Notes under the pieces: model-generated
The model's input: only the letters and a program-made list of their open reading frames with translations
Databases searched by the model: none
What the model was told of the DNA's origin: nothing
Translations under genes and position numbers: made by a program
Assembly (NCBI GenBank): GCA_022777645.1
Contig: JALFFX010000055.1
Location: 2,705 to 66,704 of the forward strand
DNA length: 64,000 bases
Direction of reading: 5' to 3'
From: Erysipelotrichaceae bacterium
GTDB taxonomy: Bacteria > Bacillota_I > Bacilli_A > RFN20 > CAG-826
Shown here: in pieces, positions 48,670 to 58,555 of the stretch
Layout: each line of letters starts with the position of its first letter
Position numbering within the stretch: the stretch's first letter is position 1

Positions 48670-49734
48670 CTAATAATTTAATCCTAATGTTGATTTAATA
48701 ATACTTACTGCTCTTGCAATAATTTTTAATTCAAATGTTTCTCCTCTGTTTTCAAATGCATAATCAATTTGTCTAATCATATATGCACCAAGGTTTGGAG
48801 TATCTGTATTTACGAAAGTTGTATCAATATAATTTGAACTAAAATTTGTTTGTGCACCTTGAAGTGAATTTTCACTCATATTAAGTAATGAATTATCAAT
48901 AATGATAATATCACCTGTCTTAAAACAAAATGTTGGTATTAAATATATCTCAACACCATCTTTTGTAAGACGAGGATTTCCTTTTTTAAAACTAATTGTT
49001 TGTGAATTAATTCTAATTTGTCGTTTATCATTTATATTGCTCACATTAACTATTCCACCATCTATAGATGCATCTGCATTTACTGTAAAATCTGATGTTT
49101 GATTAGCAAGTGTTTCAGCTAATGTTGCAGGCGTTCCCCAGTTAGCACTCACTTCTGTTAAAAATTGATGTCTTAAGCTTTCATTAAGATGGCTTGAGTC
49201 AATTCCAGAAGTTAAGCATATATAATTTAAGGCTGCATATAAATTAATGCCTGAGTTAAGGTTAAAATTAATTCTACTTTGTGAATAACCAGCAACTAAT
49301 GTTGATGCAAATATAATATGACATTTATGGTCACGTCTCATTTGTATCTCATTAGAAATATATGCGATTTCACCACTAAAATAACATTGTAATTGTTGAG
49401 TCATATAACCAGCCCAGATTTCAATTTTATAATATTGTCCTAAAATAATTTGTGAAATTGTTGAATAAGTTAAGTTACTAATTTCACAAACACCATTATC
49501 TTCTAATGCTGTTAGTTTCTTTACACCTTTAACACTTATATTTAATTGGTCTGGAATAAATTCAGTTTCTAATATTGTATTACCATTTTCACGATATTGA
49601 TAATTTGTAATTTTACTACTACCAAAAATTAGAGGTTTAACTTTATACAACTTACTATAAAGTCGAACTTCTAATTGTCTCATCCAACAAAAATTGTTGA
49701 CATTTTTTCCTAAATTAGTAATATTATTAGCCAT
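48670..49734 (-). CDS. baseplate hub/spike-region protein
   Basis: position. Confidence 0.4.
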   Translation of the reverse strand: MANNITNLGKNVNNFCWMRQLEVRLYSKLYKVKPLIFGSSKITNYQYRENGNTILETEFIPDQLNISVKGVKKLTALEDNGVCEISNLTYSTISQIILGQYYKIEIWAGYMTQQLQCYFSGEIAYISNEIQMRRDHKCHIIFASTLVAGYSQSRINFNLNSGINLYAALNYICLTSGIDSSHLNESLRHQFLTEVSANWGTPATLAETLANQTSDFTVNADASIDGGIVNVSNINDKRQIRINSQTISFKKGNPRLTKDGVEIYLIPTFCFKTGDIIIIDNSLLNMSENSLQGAQTNFSSNYIDTTFVNTDTPNLGAYMIRQIDYAFENRGETFELKIIARAVSIIKSTLGLNY

Positions 49735-51206
49735 TAATTGTATCCTGCATCTTGAATTACTTTGTTGATAGCATCATATACTTTTTTGATATTTTTCGAA
49801 ATATCACCTTTGCTTACCCAAATTGTATAAGATGATAATTTTTTACGAACTGCATTAACTTCATCTTCTGTTCCATTATAAGAACTAGAAAGTGCTGGGT
49901 TCATTAAATATACTTCATATTGTTTTGTAGAGTCTTTAAACCACATGTTTTGATTTCTATCCATATCTGTAAAAGCAGCAACTGGACACCATTTTTCTTT
50001 TTGACCTGTGCCAATTGAACTACCGTCTAATGTTGTGACTTTTGATTCCCAACCATAACCATTAACATTATTTTGCTCAAAATTAATTACATAATAGTTA
50101 CCTGCAATATTAAGAACAACTTGATGAGGCTTATCTTCTTGAATATTATAAATTGTGATATTACTATTAATATTATTAACAACAATTTCAATATCATCTA
50201 AAAAGTTCATTAATCTAATTGTATCTTGTTTCGCACTACCATTAATTAATTTGAATGCTTTACGTTTCTTTTCTTCTTCTTTTCGTCTATTGAAAATTGC
50301 AGAAATAGAACAAATAATTGCACCAACAATAACTACTGCAGCAGCTACAATTGTACCAACTGGAAAAATTGCTGCGACTGCTGATGTCAACGAAGCAGCA
50401 ACACCAATAACTGATACAGCATAAATTGTACCAACTAATACTGCAGCAGCTACTACAATAATTGCTTGTGCAACTGCAATATCTTTCATATCTTTTAAAT
50501 ATTCAACAGATGCTGCTAAGAAGTCATTTTCAATATAACCACTATCATACAATGCTTTTGTGACAGTTTGAGCAAGTGCACCATTATCGGCAAGAACTGA
50601 ACCAAGACTTGAACCAACTGGATTTGATACTAAAGGTAAACCTAAATCAATGCGTTCAGCTTCTTGTAAATTTACATATTCTTGTTGTTCAACCATAATT
50701 ATTTGATAGAACTTAAATGTAAATTTAAGTGAATTTTGACGTTCAACCCAAGTGATTCCTTGTAAAGCCATATTTTTACGAATTTTAAATCTTGTTGAAG
50801 CATTAATAATTTTATCATTATCTAAACCATTAACATTATTCTTTTGAAGTGCATCACTATCAATTGTAATTAATGTACATAAGATACCTTCATCTTTAAT
50901 TTTTTCAAAAGCATGTTGAATGTTTGTAATTCTATCACCCATTTGAATAAAATCATAAGAATTGTCGCCCCAGTTCATACCATTTAAACTGAATGTGCCT
51001 GAAACACTATACTCAGTTGGAAGACGATACATATGGTCACTAACAGTATCACCAGATTGCATAGGTTGACGTGCAATTTCTGCATTTGTTGAAACTTGTC
51101 TATCATCGATATTGTCTAAAAGTAAATATCTGTTTGGCTCAAAATTTCCACCAACAGAGTCATATTGGTTAAAATTACATCCGATGATTAATCTATAAGC
51201 TCCCAT
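49734..51206 (-). CDS. tail protein with ~60-aa internal hydrophobic segment
   Basis: AVAQAIIVVAAAVLVGTIYAVSVIGVAASLTSAVAAIFPVGTIVAAAVVIVGAIICSISAIF; immediately after the tape measure gene. Confidence 0.45.
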   Translation of the reverse strand: MGAYRLIIGCNFNQYDSVGGNFEPNRYLLLDNIDDRQVSTNAEIARQPMQSGDTVSDHMYRLPTEYSVSGTFSLNGMNWGDNSYDFIQMGDRITNIQHAFEKIKDEGILCTLITIDSDALQKNNVNGLDNDKIINASTRFKIRKNMALQGITWVERQNSLKFTFKFYQIIMVEQQEYVNLQEAERIDLGLPLVSNPVGSSLGSVLADNGALAQTVTKALYDSGYIENDFLAASVEYLKDMKDIAVAQAIIVVAAAVLVGTIYAVSVIGVAASLTSAVAAIFPVGTIVAAAVVIVGAIICSISAIFNRRKEEEKKRKAFKLINGSAKQDTIRLMNFLDDIEIVVNNINSNITIYNIQEDKPHQVVLNIAGNYYVINFEQNNVNGYGWESKVTTLDGSSIGTGQKEKWCPVAAFTDMDRNQNMWFKDSTKQYEVYLMNPALSSSYNGTEDEVNAVRKKLSSYTIWVSKGDISKNIKKVYDAINKVIQDAGYN

Positions 51207-51218
51207 ATTTTCTCCTTC

Positions 51219-52550
51219 CTATTCTGTTGCACTGACAATTTGTTTTGCTAAATCTGACCACATTTTGTCTTGAGATGTCATTGCAGCGTTTGAACCATTA
51301 TTAGTCACATTAGCATTAATGTTAACATTATTAATTCTTGAATTATCAGTATTTACTGAATTTGAATTCCAAGTATCTGACCCAAATGCAGAATTTCCAT
51401 TTGATTGACCAAAACTAATAAGATTAATAATATTCATAATTAATTGAGCAATTCCTTTAATGAAATTGAAGATGCCTTTGATACAAGCCATAATAACATC
51501 TTTGTTTTCAGCAACCCATTGTAAGAATTCCATTGCAATTTCTTGTTTAAATTGCTCAAATTCTAATTGCATTTCTTGAACACTTGCAAGAACACCAGAA
51601 GACTGCATCTCTTCATACCAAGCTGAATATCTTTCCATATAACCCAACAAACGCTCACGTTGCTCACTATTCATATACATTAAATCTTCATCAGATTGTA
51701 TATTTAATAATGATTTTGCTTGTGTGAACCCATACGCTTGTGAGTCATTCATACCATATTTTAATTTAGTATCACGCGCACTTGCATTTGTAATAAGTGA
51801 ACTAGATGAAAATGAAGCAGCGCCTGTTTTCATATTTAAAATTGCTTTAGTTGCATCAACAACACCTGAAGCAAAATCTTTAATTGGCTTTACAAGAGTC
51901 CTCATTGCTTTGCCAACCATTTTAATTGCTTCGGCTGCAACTACGGCTTTACCAGTAGTTTTAGCTTGACTATCTTTAAGACCTTCACTTTCTTTTTGAA
52001 GAGCTACAAGTTCACCTTTTTTCTTATTTATTTGTCTTGTTTTAGCACCTTTTTTACCACCAGTCAAACCTTCACGTTCAGCTTCTAATTGAGCAATTTC
52101 TGCTTGTTTTGACTCTTGAGCAGCAGCATTAACTGCTATTGCATCAGAAATTTCAATTTGTTTATTAGCAAATAATCCATTCTTAAATAAATTAAATGCT
52201 TTAAATTGTTTCATATTTTTGACGCCAAGTGCACCTTGACTCCAAGCATCACGAATGTGTTGTGTTTCTTGTTGATAAGGTAAAGCTTGCAATTTTCTTT
52301 GAGCCTCAATTGCTTTTCTTTGAGCTTCTTTAACTTTTAAAATACTATCTTCAATTTTCTTTTGTTTAGCTAATTGAGCATTTAATTTATCTTGTTGCTT
52401 TTCAGCTTTAACAAGTTCTTTAACTACATCTTTAAAATTTGCAGAACTTGCGTCTAACCTTTTTAATCGATTTTGTAATTCACGAACTTCTGCATTAACT
52501 TTCTCAAGATTAGTTCTAAATGTAATGTTTTTAGTTAAACTTGTAGACAT
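51219..52550 (-). CDS. tail tape measure protein (short, 443 aa)
   Basis: coiled-coil N-terminus; sits directly downstream of the overlapping chaperone pair. Confidence 0.5.
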   Translation of the reverse strand: MSTSLTKNITFRTNLEKVNAEVRELQNRLKRLDASSANFKDVVKELVKAEKQQDKLNAQLAKQKKIEDSILKVKEAQRKAIEAQRKLQALPYQQETQHIRDAWSQGALGVKNMKQFKAFNLFKNGLFANKQIEISDAIAVNAAAQESKQAEIAQLEAEREGLTGGKKGAKTRQINKKKGELVALQKESEGLKDSQAKTTGKAVVAAEAIKMVGKAMRTLVKPIKDFASGVVDATKAILNMKTGAASFSSSSLITNASARDTKLKYGMNDSQAYGFTQAKSLLNIQSDEDLMYMNSEQRERLLGYMERYSAWYEEMQSSGVLASVQEMQLEFEQFKQEIAMEFLQWVAENKDVIMACIKGIFNFIKGIAQLIMNIINLISFGQSNGNSAFGSDTWNSNSVNTDNSRINNVNINANVTNNGSNAAMTSQDKMWSDLAKQIVSATE

Positions 52551-52553
52551 ATT

Positions 52554-52835
52554 TTATCTTTTTCTTTCTTCTTTTAAATTTTCTGTTATCTCATATTTAT
52601 TGTATAAATTAACCATACAAATCTCATATAAGTCAAGAAACTCATCAATTGTATATGCATCTTTTAACTCACGATAAGTTGCATATTTATTTGTGACTAA
52701 TACATAAATTGCATCATGTACACGAGAACACTTATGTATATAACTTGCACTTCCTCCAACGCCTAACAGAGTGTTCTCTTCATTTATTCGTTGGATACGG
52801 GAAAAAGTTTTGTAATAACCTCTGATAAGAACCAC
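52554..52835 (-). CDS. tail assembly chaperone, frameshift extension (GT-like)
   Basis: overlaps the upstream ORF by ~50 nt in the -1 frame, immediately before the tape measure gene. Confidence 0.5.
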   Translation of the reverse strand: MVLIRGYYKTFSRIQRINEENTLLGVGGSASYIHKCSRVHDAIYVLVTNKYATYRELKDAYTIDEFLDLYEICMVNLYNKYEITENLKEERKR

Positions 52836-53113
52836 ATAAACAATTCATTTAATGCAACAAAATTTTTATCAATTCCAAGAGGTTGATATACTTCTCTTCC
52901 TTTTACTTTAACTGGTAACCATTTATCACCAACTTTAACTTCTAAATTTTCTAATGCAAATAACAATGTAGTTTTTGTCATAGCATAATTTTCTAAGTTA
53001 ACTTGATAACTGATAGCTAACATATCGACAGGACTAACAGCTGCGACTCTAAAAGTCGTATCTTTCATGCTATTAATTGTAAATTCACGATGTGTGTAAT
53101 TTGTTTCTTCCAT
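52784..53113 (-). CDS. tail assembly chaperone (G-like)
   Basis: canonical position and overlap. Confidence 0.5.
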   Translation of the reverse strand: MEETNYTHREFTINSMKDTTFRVAAVSPVDMLAISYQVNLENYAMTKTTLLFALENLEVKVGDKWLPVKVKGREVYQPLGIDKNFVALNELFMWFLSEVITKLFPVSNE

Positions 53114-53187
53114 TTTATTTATCTCTCCTTCTAATATATTTTATTATAAAATCAAATGATTTTGAATAAAACATTAAAAATCATATG

Positions 53188-53232
53188 TTAAAAAAAATAA
53201 CATACAATGAAACGATTGATATGTTATTTTAA
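53188..53232 (-). terminator. rho-independent terminator (minus strand)
   Basis: on the minus strand: TAACATA-loop-TATGTTA followed by T8. Confidence 0.45.
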
Positions 53233-53278
53233 AAAGCTTGTTTTAGTTCTAATTTAATATCTATCGTATTGAAATATA

Positions 53279-54532
53279 TTAATCAGAAGATAATTTTCTA
53301 TAATACAAACGTCCAGATACTGATGCTGGAGTGAAAAATTTAATAGAACTAATTCCACCATAATCATGTTTAATTTCAAATCTCCAAGCATCTGATGTAG
53401 ATTTTAAATATATTTTTGCAGTGCGTTCTTCTCCAGGTTCTGCTCGTTTAATACCTAAAAATACAAGACCAAAGTTAACTATAACACTAGTATCTGACGA
53501 CATAAACGTCATGAAATAAAAGTTATTAACAGCAATAGCATTTGACGGTATAGATGTACCATTAGCATTGTAATTAATACTAATACCAGTTATGTTATCT
53601 ATTGAAGTAGTTTTATTAAATTTACTACAATTATCAGCGTTACGCACTGTTGCTTTATTATAAGAAGTTCCAGCAACAAGTTGACCATCTGAATTAACAT
53701 ACACAGGTTGTGTTAATGAGCCAATTGCAGGATGAGATGAGCTATTTCCTATCTTACTTGCATATTCAACATCATTGACAATTATTGACTCACCAAGAAC
53801 TGTGTTATTTTTATTCAATAATTTAATTGTATTGGTTCCATTACCGCTTAATGATGCACCATATGATGCTTTAATATTATTACCATCTTCATCTGATGTA
53901 GCATTATTAGCATTATCAGCAGTGCCATGTAAACTTGAAATATACGCATTTGAAACATGAGCTGATGCTGAACCAATTGTTGTTGCATAAATTGTTGTGC
54001 TGTTAAGTGTTGTAATATAACCTGTTGTAAACTTATTTGAACTGCTGCCAAGATTTATACCATAAAAATTAGTTGATTGAATGCTTGTAAAATTAGAAAG
54101 TGTACTACTTAATGTAATATCTTTTGTTGTACCTTGTGTTTGTAAAGTTGTTGTACCTATTGTCGTATTACTTGGGTCTTTAATGTTCAATGTAATAGCA
54201 CTAGACAATTGATTAGCATTTTGAACAATTGTATTTGTAATATATTGACTCATTGCACTATCTAATTTTGAACGTAATGCTGTATTATATATTGTTGATG
54301 GACTAATTGATAAATCTGAGTCTGTGATTTTATTTGAATTCTTCAACACTTCCATAAATGTATATGGGAGAATTGAAGAATTACGTAAGCCAGTGTTCAT
54401 ATGACTTGCGTAAATAATAGTACCAGCACTAAAACCATCTTGCTCAGACTCTTGTGTTGTTGTCCAAGTTTGGAAAGAATCAGTACCTTGTTTACCAAAA
54501 ATCTTCAAATTGTTTTGAATTTTATTTGCCAT
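53279..54532 (-). CDS. S/T/N-rich beta protein (major tail / fibre-like)
   Basis: start set at MANK (AAGAGGTG RBS); low-complexity S/T/N composition. Confidence 0.45.
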   Translation of the reverse strand: MANKIQNNLKIFGKQGTDSFQTWTTTQESEQDGFSAGTIIYASHMNTGLRNSSILPYTFMEVLKNSNKITDSDLSISPSTIYNTALRSKLDSAMSQYITNTIVQNANQLSSAITLNIKDPSNTTIGTTTLQTQGTTKDITLSSTLSNFTSIQSTNFYGINLGSSSNKFTTGYITTLNSTTIYATTIGSASAHVSNAYISSLHGTADNANNATSDEDGNNIKASYGASLSGNGTNTIKLLNKNNTVLGESIIVNDVEYASKIGNSSSHPAIGSLTQPVYVNSDGQLVAGTSYNKATVRNADNCSKFNKTTSIDNITGISINYNANGTSIPSNAIAVNNFYFMTFMSSDTSVIVNFGLVFLGIKRAEPGEERTAKIYLKSTSDAWRFEIKHDYGGISSIKFFTPASVSGRLYYRKLSSD

Positions 54533-54563
54533 AATGAACACCTCTTACGTTATATTCTTTTAA

Positions 54564-54962
54564 TTATTCTGCACCTGGACGATTTTTGTCAGCTTCTAAA
54601 ATTTTAGCATTTCTCTCAATGTCAGCATTATATTTAGCTTTTGCATTAGTGAGTTTTCTGCTCATTTCTTCAGCTTTTTCTAACCATTCAGATGGGACAC
54701 CAGATGCATCAGTTTCTACGCCGATTGTAAATTTATTTGTTTTAGCAAAACTTTTCACAGCGTCCCATTCTTTAATTTCAAGTGGGTACCAACCAACACC
54801 TGGAACAATATCAACTTTCATATTCATCCATGCAGGTTTGACATTGAGTCTATCCTTAACTGGCGAATACTTATTTGTCGCATCAATTAACATGATGCTT
54901 GGAATTACACCAATGACTGTTGGTGTGTTGTTAGAAATTTGAATGAACTTTGTTGTACTCAT
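54564..54962 (-). CDS. hypothetical protein (tube- or terminator-sized)
   Basis: 132 aa. Confidence 0.45.
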   Translation of the reverse strand: MSTTKFIQISNNTPTVIGVIPSIMLIDATNKYSPVKDRLNVKPAWMNMKVDIVPGVGWYPLEIKEWDAVKSFAKTNKFTIGVETDASGVPSEWLEKAEEMSRKLTNAKAKYNADIERNAKILEADKNRPGAE

Positions 54963-55148
54963 GTAATTATCTCTCCTTTCATCAAATTTTCATTTTTATC
55001 ATATCTATGAAATATGCATTTAATTCAGGTCCAAGTATCTTACACATTGGTGAGTTTTTTCAACAATGTTTTGGTTAACTAATACTGAATTTTGCATATT
55101 CATAGTTGTGACCGGAATTTGTTTATATCGATAAGGTAATACTTTTCT

Positions 55149-56906
55149 TTACTCTTCTTCAGCTCCTCTAGCTACTTCTGTCGACTCAGTTCTTTCAACT
55201 GGCTCAACATTACTTGCTGGCTCAATTTCTTCGGCTGTATTATCTCCTTCTTCTCTGTTATCAACATTCTCTTCTATATCAGTGTTTGTCTCGACTCCTG
55301 AACTTTCTATACTCTCAGTCTCACTCACAAACGGATTATTTGAAAATGTTGGTCTATTAATCTTAGCAGTTGGATGTTTCTTGCCAATTACATCAATTGA
55401 GTCAAGTATAGTTTGTTCTTCTTCTAATTTAAGTACACCTAACATGTTATCATCTATATTGATGTCGATTGCATCATTGTTAATATAATTCTTAATCGAC
55501 ATAGCATATTGATATTTACTAATAATACCATTATTGACTAACTCATTCAACATAGTTGATAATTCTCTAATTGATGTGACTTTGTCCTTGTTCTCTTCGT
55601 CTTTAACGAGTGAGATGAAGTCAAAGTCAGGTGAACCTTTAACATCATATACGATGAACAAAATCTTTAAGAACTTATTGAGCACTGGTCTGAAGAACTC
55701 ATTGCATCTGTTCTTGATTGTTATTGCATATCTCTTTAATGCGTCAGTTTCTTGACTAAGTCCACCTTTAAGGTCACCATAAAGTATGCCTTGCATTTCT
55801 AATGCTGCACTTATCAACCACATATTTTTTTCCATTAAATCAGATAAGCCACTCAATCCACTCATTGTAAATTGATTATACTCGTCATCTTTATCAAGGA
55901 ATGTTAATGAATTATATGTTCTACCATAATTAACCATTGCAAGTCTTTGTTCAAGTTGTTTCATTGAACCTTTGTCCATACCCATGAAGATACTTCTCAT
56001 ACCTTTCATCTTAACAACTTCTATTAACGACTTGTTAACTAAACTTGTAATTGAACTTTTTAACTGGTCATCTCTAGCTAACTCATTCAATATATGTGCA
56101 CCTTCAGCATAACCCCAACCTTGCAAATAACCCATCTTCAATAATCTTGGCGCATTACGATGCTCATATCTTAAAACAAAACTGTGATGGACAGTCCAAG
56201 ACTTACCATTAGCAAATGTCACTTCATATGAGTAAGGTTTGCCATAATCTATGTCCTTCATGCTACTAACTGTTCTTGTAGATTGTGAACAACCATACCA
56301 TCTATCAGTAACATAAATCTTAAAACGTTTACCTTTAATCATTGCAGGACTTAATGGCTTTGCATAATCCTCAACCTTAAATCCTTCAAACATTATGACA
56401 CCAATTGCACCACCAAATAAAGCTCCCCACTTTAACAAATTGATAAGCTCTGATTTATACTTCTCATATGCTTTGTATATTTCTGTATAATCTTCATTAC
56501 CATGTAAAGTAAAGCCACAGTTAACCTCATCTTGTGCTGGCTTATCAATTGCTCTACGAAATACCCATGAATCATTATATATTGCTAACCATAATGTATA
56601 ATTGAGTGTATCATTGCTAAAGCCATAGTTTGTAAATGACTGTACTTTATCATTAGTGCCAATTGCTGCTAATGAATTGCCATAACTATCTTTGAGTGTT
56701 GTTGCTGCATGATTAACAGGCTTACTTTTTGCTGCAATGCTATCATATCTTTCTGCAGTATCTTCAATTGACTCTCTAAGTGTTGGAACTTGAGATGCAC
56801 GACTTGCTTCACCTATTGTTGAAGCAAATATACTTTGCACTTGTCCGAACTCAGAGTCTGAAAGACCTGTAGATAAATTAGTTGTTGTCTTAATACTTTT
56901 CTCCAT
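55149..56906 (-). CDS. portal protein candidate (alternative: a second sheath-like protein)
   Basis: 585 aa with a long acidic C-terminal tail; first large gene of the late transcription unit. Confidence 0.3.
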   Translation of the reverse strand: MEKSIKTTTNLSTGLSDSEFGQVQSIFASTIGEASRASQVPTLRESIEDTAERYDSIAAKSKPVNHAATTLKDSYGNSLAAIGTNDKVQSFTNYGFSNDTLNYTLWLAIYNDSWVFRRAIDKPAQDEVNCGFTLHGNEDYTEIYKAYEKYKSELINLLKWGALFGGAIGVIMFEGFKVEDYAKPLSPAMIKGKRFKIYVTDRWYGCSQSTRTVSSMKDIDYGKPYSYEVTFANGKSWTVHHSFVLRYEHRNAPRLLKMGYLQGWGYAEGAHILNELARDDQLKSSITSLVNKSLIEVVKMKGMRSIFMGMDKGSMKQLEQRLAMVNYGRTYNSLTFLDKDDEYNQFTMSGLSGLSDLMEKNMWLISAALEMQGILYGDLKGGLSQETDALKRYAITIKNRCNEFFRPVLNKFLKILFIVYDVKGSPDFDFISLVKDEENKDKVTSIRELSTMLNELVNNGIISKYQYAMSIKNYINNDAIDINIDDNMLGVLKLEEEQTILDSIDVIGKKHPTAKINRPTFSNNPFVSETESIESSGVETNTDIEENVDNREEGDNTAEEIEPASNVEPVERTESTEVARGAEEE

Positions 56907-56982
56907 GTTTTAATTATATAATCATTAAATCAAAATGTAAATTAAATAAAGAATGCTGACGATGTTTCACAATAATCAACTG

Positions 56983-57426
56983 TTAAAATACTCTTAAACT
57001 ATCAAAAGCTCTATCTTCTATGCAACCATAACACAACAATAACGATAATGCTTTTAACTGTGCATCAGTTAAACGTGTCACATTGTGTATATTGTTATAC
57101 CACACATAAATAATGCCTAACTCACTCATCATCTTATCATAACAATCTGCATCATGTCTAAAGTGCTCAACACAATATTCTCGTGTCCAACCTTTTAACT
57201 TACAATATTCTAATAAGCATTTTTCTGAGTGTGAAGGAATAGCATACTCAATTGTGCCATCAGGCCAGATTATCACTTCGCAATAATTGACAAACACTTG
57301 ACTATGCACCTTATAACTAAAAGGCATATAAAGATATTTGTTGCTCAAATGATGTGGTGACTTGCCATTGTTGCGATATTCAGCAATTTCAAGCAATTGT
57401 TGATGTTCAATACTATTGTCATGCAT
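56983..57426 (-). CDS. hypothetical Cys-rich protein
   Basis: 147-aa ORF. Confidence 0.5.
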   Translation of the reverse strand: MHDNSIEHQQLLEIAEYRNNGKSPHHLSNKYLYMPFSYKVHSQVFVNYCEVIIWPDGTIEYAIPSHSEKCLLEYCKLKGWTREYCVEHFRHDADCYDKMMSELGIIYVWYNNIHNVTRLTDAQLKALSLLLCYGCIEDRAFDSLRVF

Positions 57427-57616
57427 AATACTTAACTATCTCACCATCATTTGTTAATACTATAACACGAAATGCTTGTGTAAACCTTTGCACTATTTTT
57501 GCAACTTTTAGTGTATCACTTGTAGTTAATGCTTTCTTATACTTAGTTGTAATTGACATATATTTATCGACCCAATATTGACGTTTATCTCGACGATTAA
57601 TAACAACTATTTGCAT
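57419..57616 (-). CDS. hypothetical protein
   Basis: 65-aa ORF. Confidence 0.4.
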   Translation of the reverse strand: MQIVVINRRDKRQYWVDKYMSITTKYKKALTTSDTLKVAKIVQRFTQAFRVIVLTNDGEIVKYYA

Positions 57617-57618
57617 AA

Positions 57619-57807
57619 TTATCTTTCCTTATGCATTAAACTGCTTGCACTCTCATCCCAGTTAGATGAATGTTTGTTTTCAAACTTATTAGCATCTGCC
57701 CAAGCATCACTACTATTAGAATACCACTTTGTAGTGTATTGATGCCATTTTCCATCACCAGTATATGGTGATTCTAAATATCTAATTCTTACTGCCCACA
57801 CTCTCAT
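57619..57807 (-). CDS. hypothetical protein
   Basis: 62-aa ORF. Confidence 0.35.
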   Translation of the reverse strand: MRVWAVRIRYLESPYTGDGKWHQYTTKWYSNSSDAWADANKFENKHSSNWDESASSLMHKER

Positions 57808-58051
57808 ACATTCTTCTTATTTGCCTAAGTATTTGTCTACCAGCGTGCTTATCACTTGGCGTATTGCTAACAACCATCATGCCAACAGGCATTACGATTT
57901 TCGAATGATTACTACCTTTGTTTACAATGAAGCCGACATTCTCTAACCTTTGTATGACATGCACACTTAAACCTTTATAATCAATAAATATGTCTATGAG
58001 TTCGCACCATATCTTATTTAATTCATTTGATGTAGTAGCTAATCTGCACAT
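57782..58051 (-). CDS. HicA/YcfA-like protein (candidate mRNA-interferase toxin fold)
   Basis: KGSNHSKIVMPVG....SNTPSDKHAGRQILRQI parallels HicA GSNH...P.H....ILKQ; RBS AAAAGGAG. Confidence 0.4.
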   Translation of the reverse strand: MCRLATTSNELNKIWCELIDIFIDYKGLSVHVIQRLENVGFIVNKGSNHSKIVMPVGMMVVSNTPSDKHAGRQILRQIRRMYESVGSKN

Positions 58052-58308
58052 TCATTGATACTCCTTTTAAGTTCTTCCAATTGTTTTTTCTTACTTTCAA
58101 TATCATATTCGATACTTATTGCTTCGAAGATGTTATCAGCTTTACCTAACACTGCTTCATAAACATCTAACATATCTTCTAAGTATTGAGTGTCTGCTTC
58201 TCTATTTTGATATTGATACTCAAATTCAGCATCCCATTCATAATTCATAAACCTGAGCAACCAAGTTTGTTGGTCTTCAGTCATTTCAATCTTAACTTTA
58301 TTTTTCAT
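58039..58308 (-). CDS. hypothetical acidic protein
   Basis: start reassigned to MKNKVK (GAGGAG RBS). Confidence 0.45.
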   Translation of the reverse strand: MKNKVKIEMTEDQQTWLLRFMNYEWDAEFEYQYQNREADTQYLEDMLDVYEAVLGKADNIFEAISIEYDIESKKKQLEELKRSINECAD

Positions 58309-58504
58309 ATGACTCCTCGCTTGTGCCATCAGCATAGTAGATGTTAATGCGTTGCCAACCATTGTGTTGTAATGTTCGTGTACAAGCACATTCTTTATCT
58401 ATACTAATAATGACATTTTCACCATTTGCATTTTTGCCTACAAGTGGCTCTTCAATATAACCATACTTTTGTAATAGTTCATTGTACATATATCTATCCT
58501 CCAC
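58298..58504 (-). CDS. hypothetical protein
   Basis: 68-aa ORF. Confidence 0.4.
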   Translation of the reverse strand: MEDRYMYNELLQKYGYIEEPLVGKNANGENVIISIDKECACTRTLQHNGWQRINIYYADGTSEESYEK

Positions 58505-58555
58505 ATTATTATTGTATCACATTCATGGTTAAAGATACGTATTTATCTTTAATGA

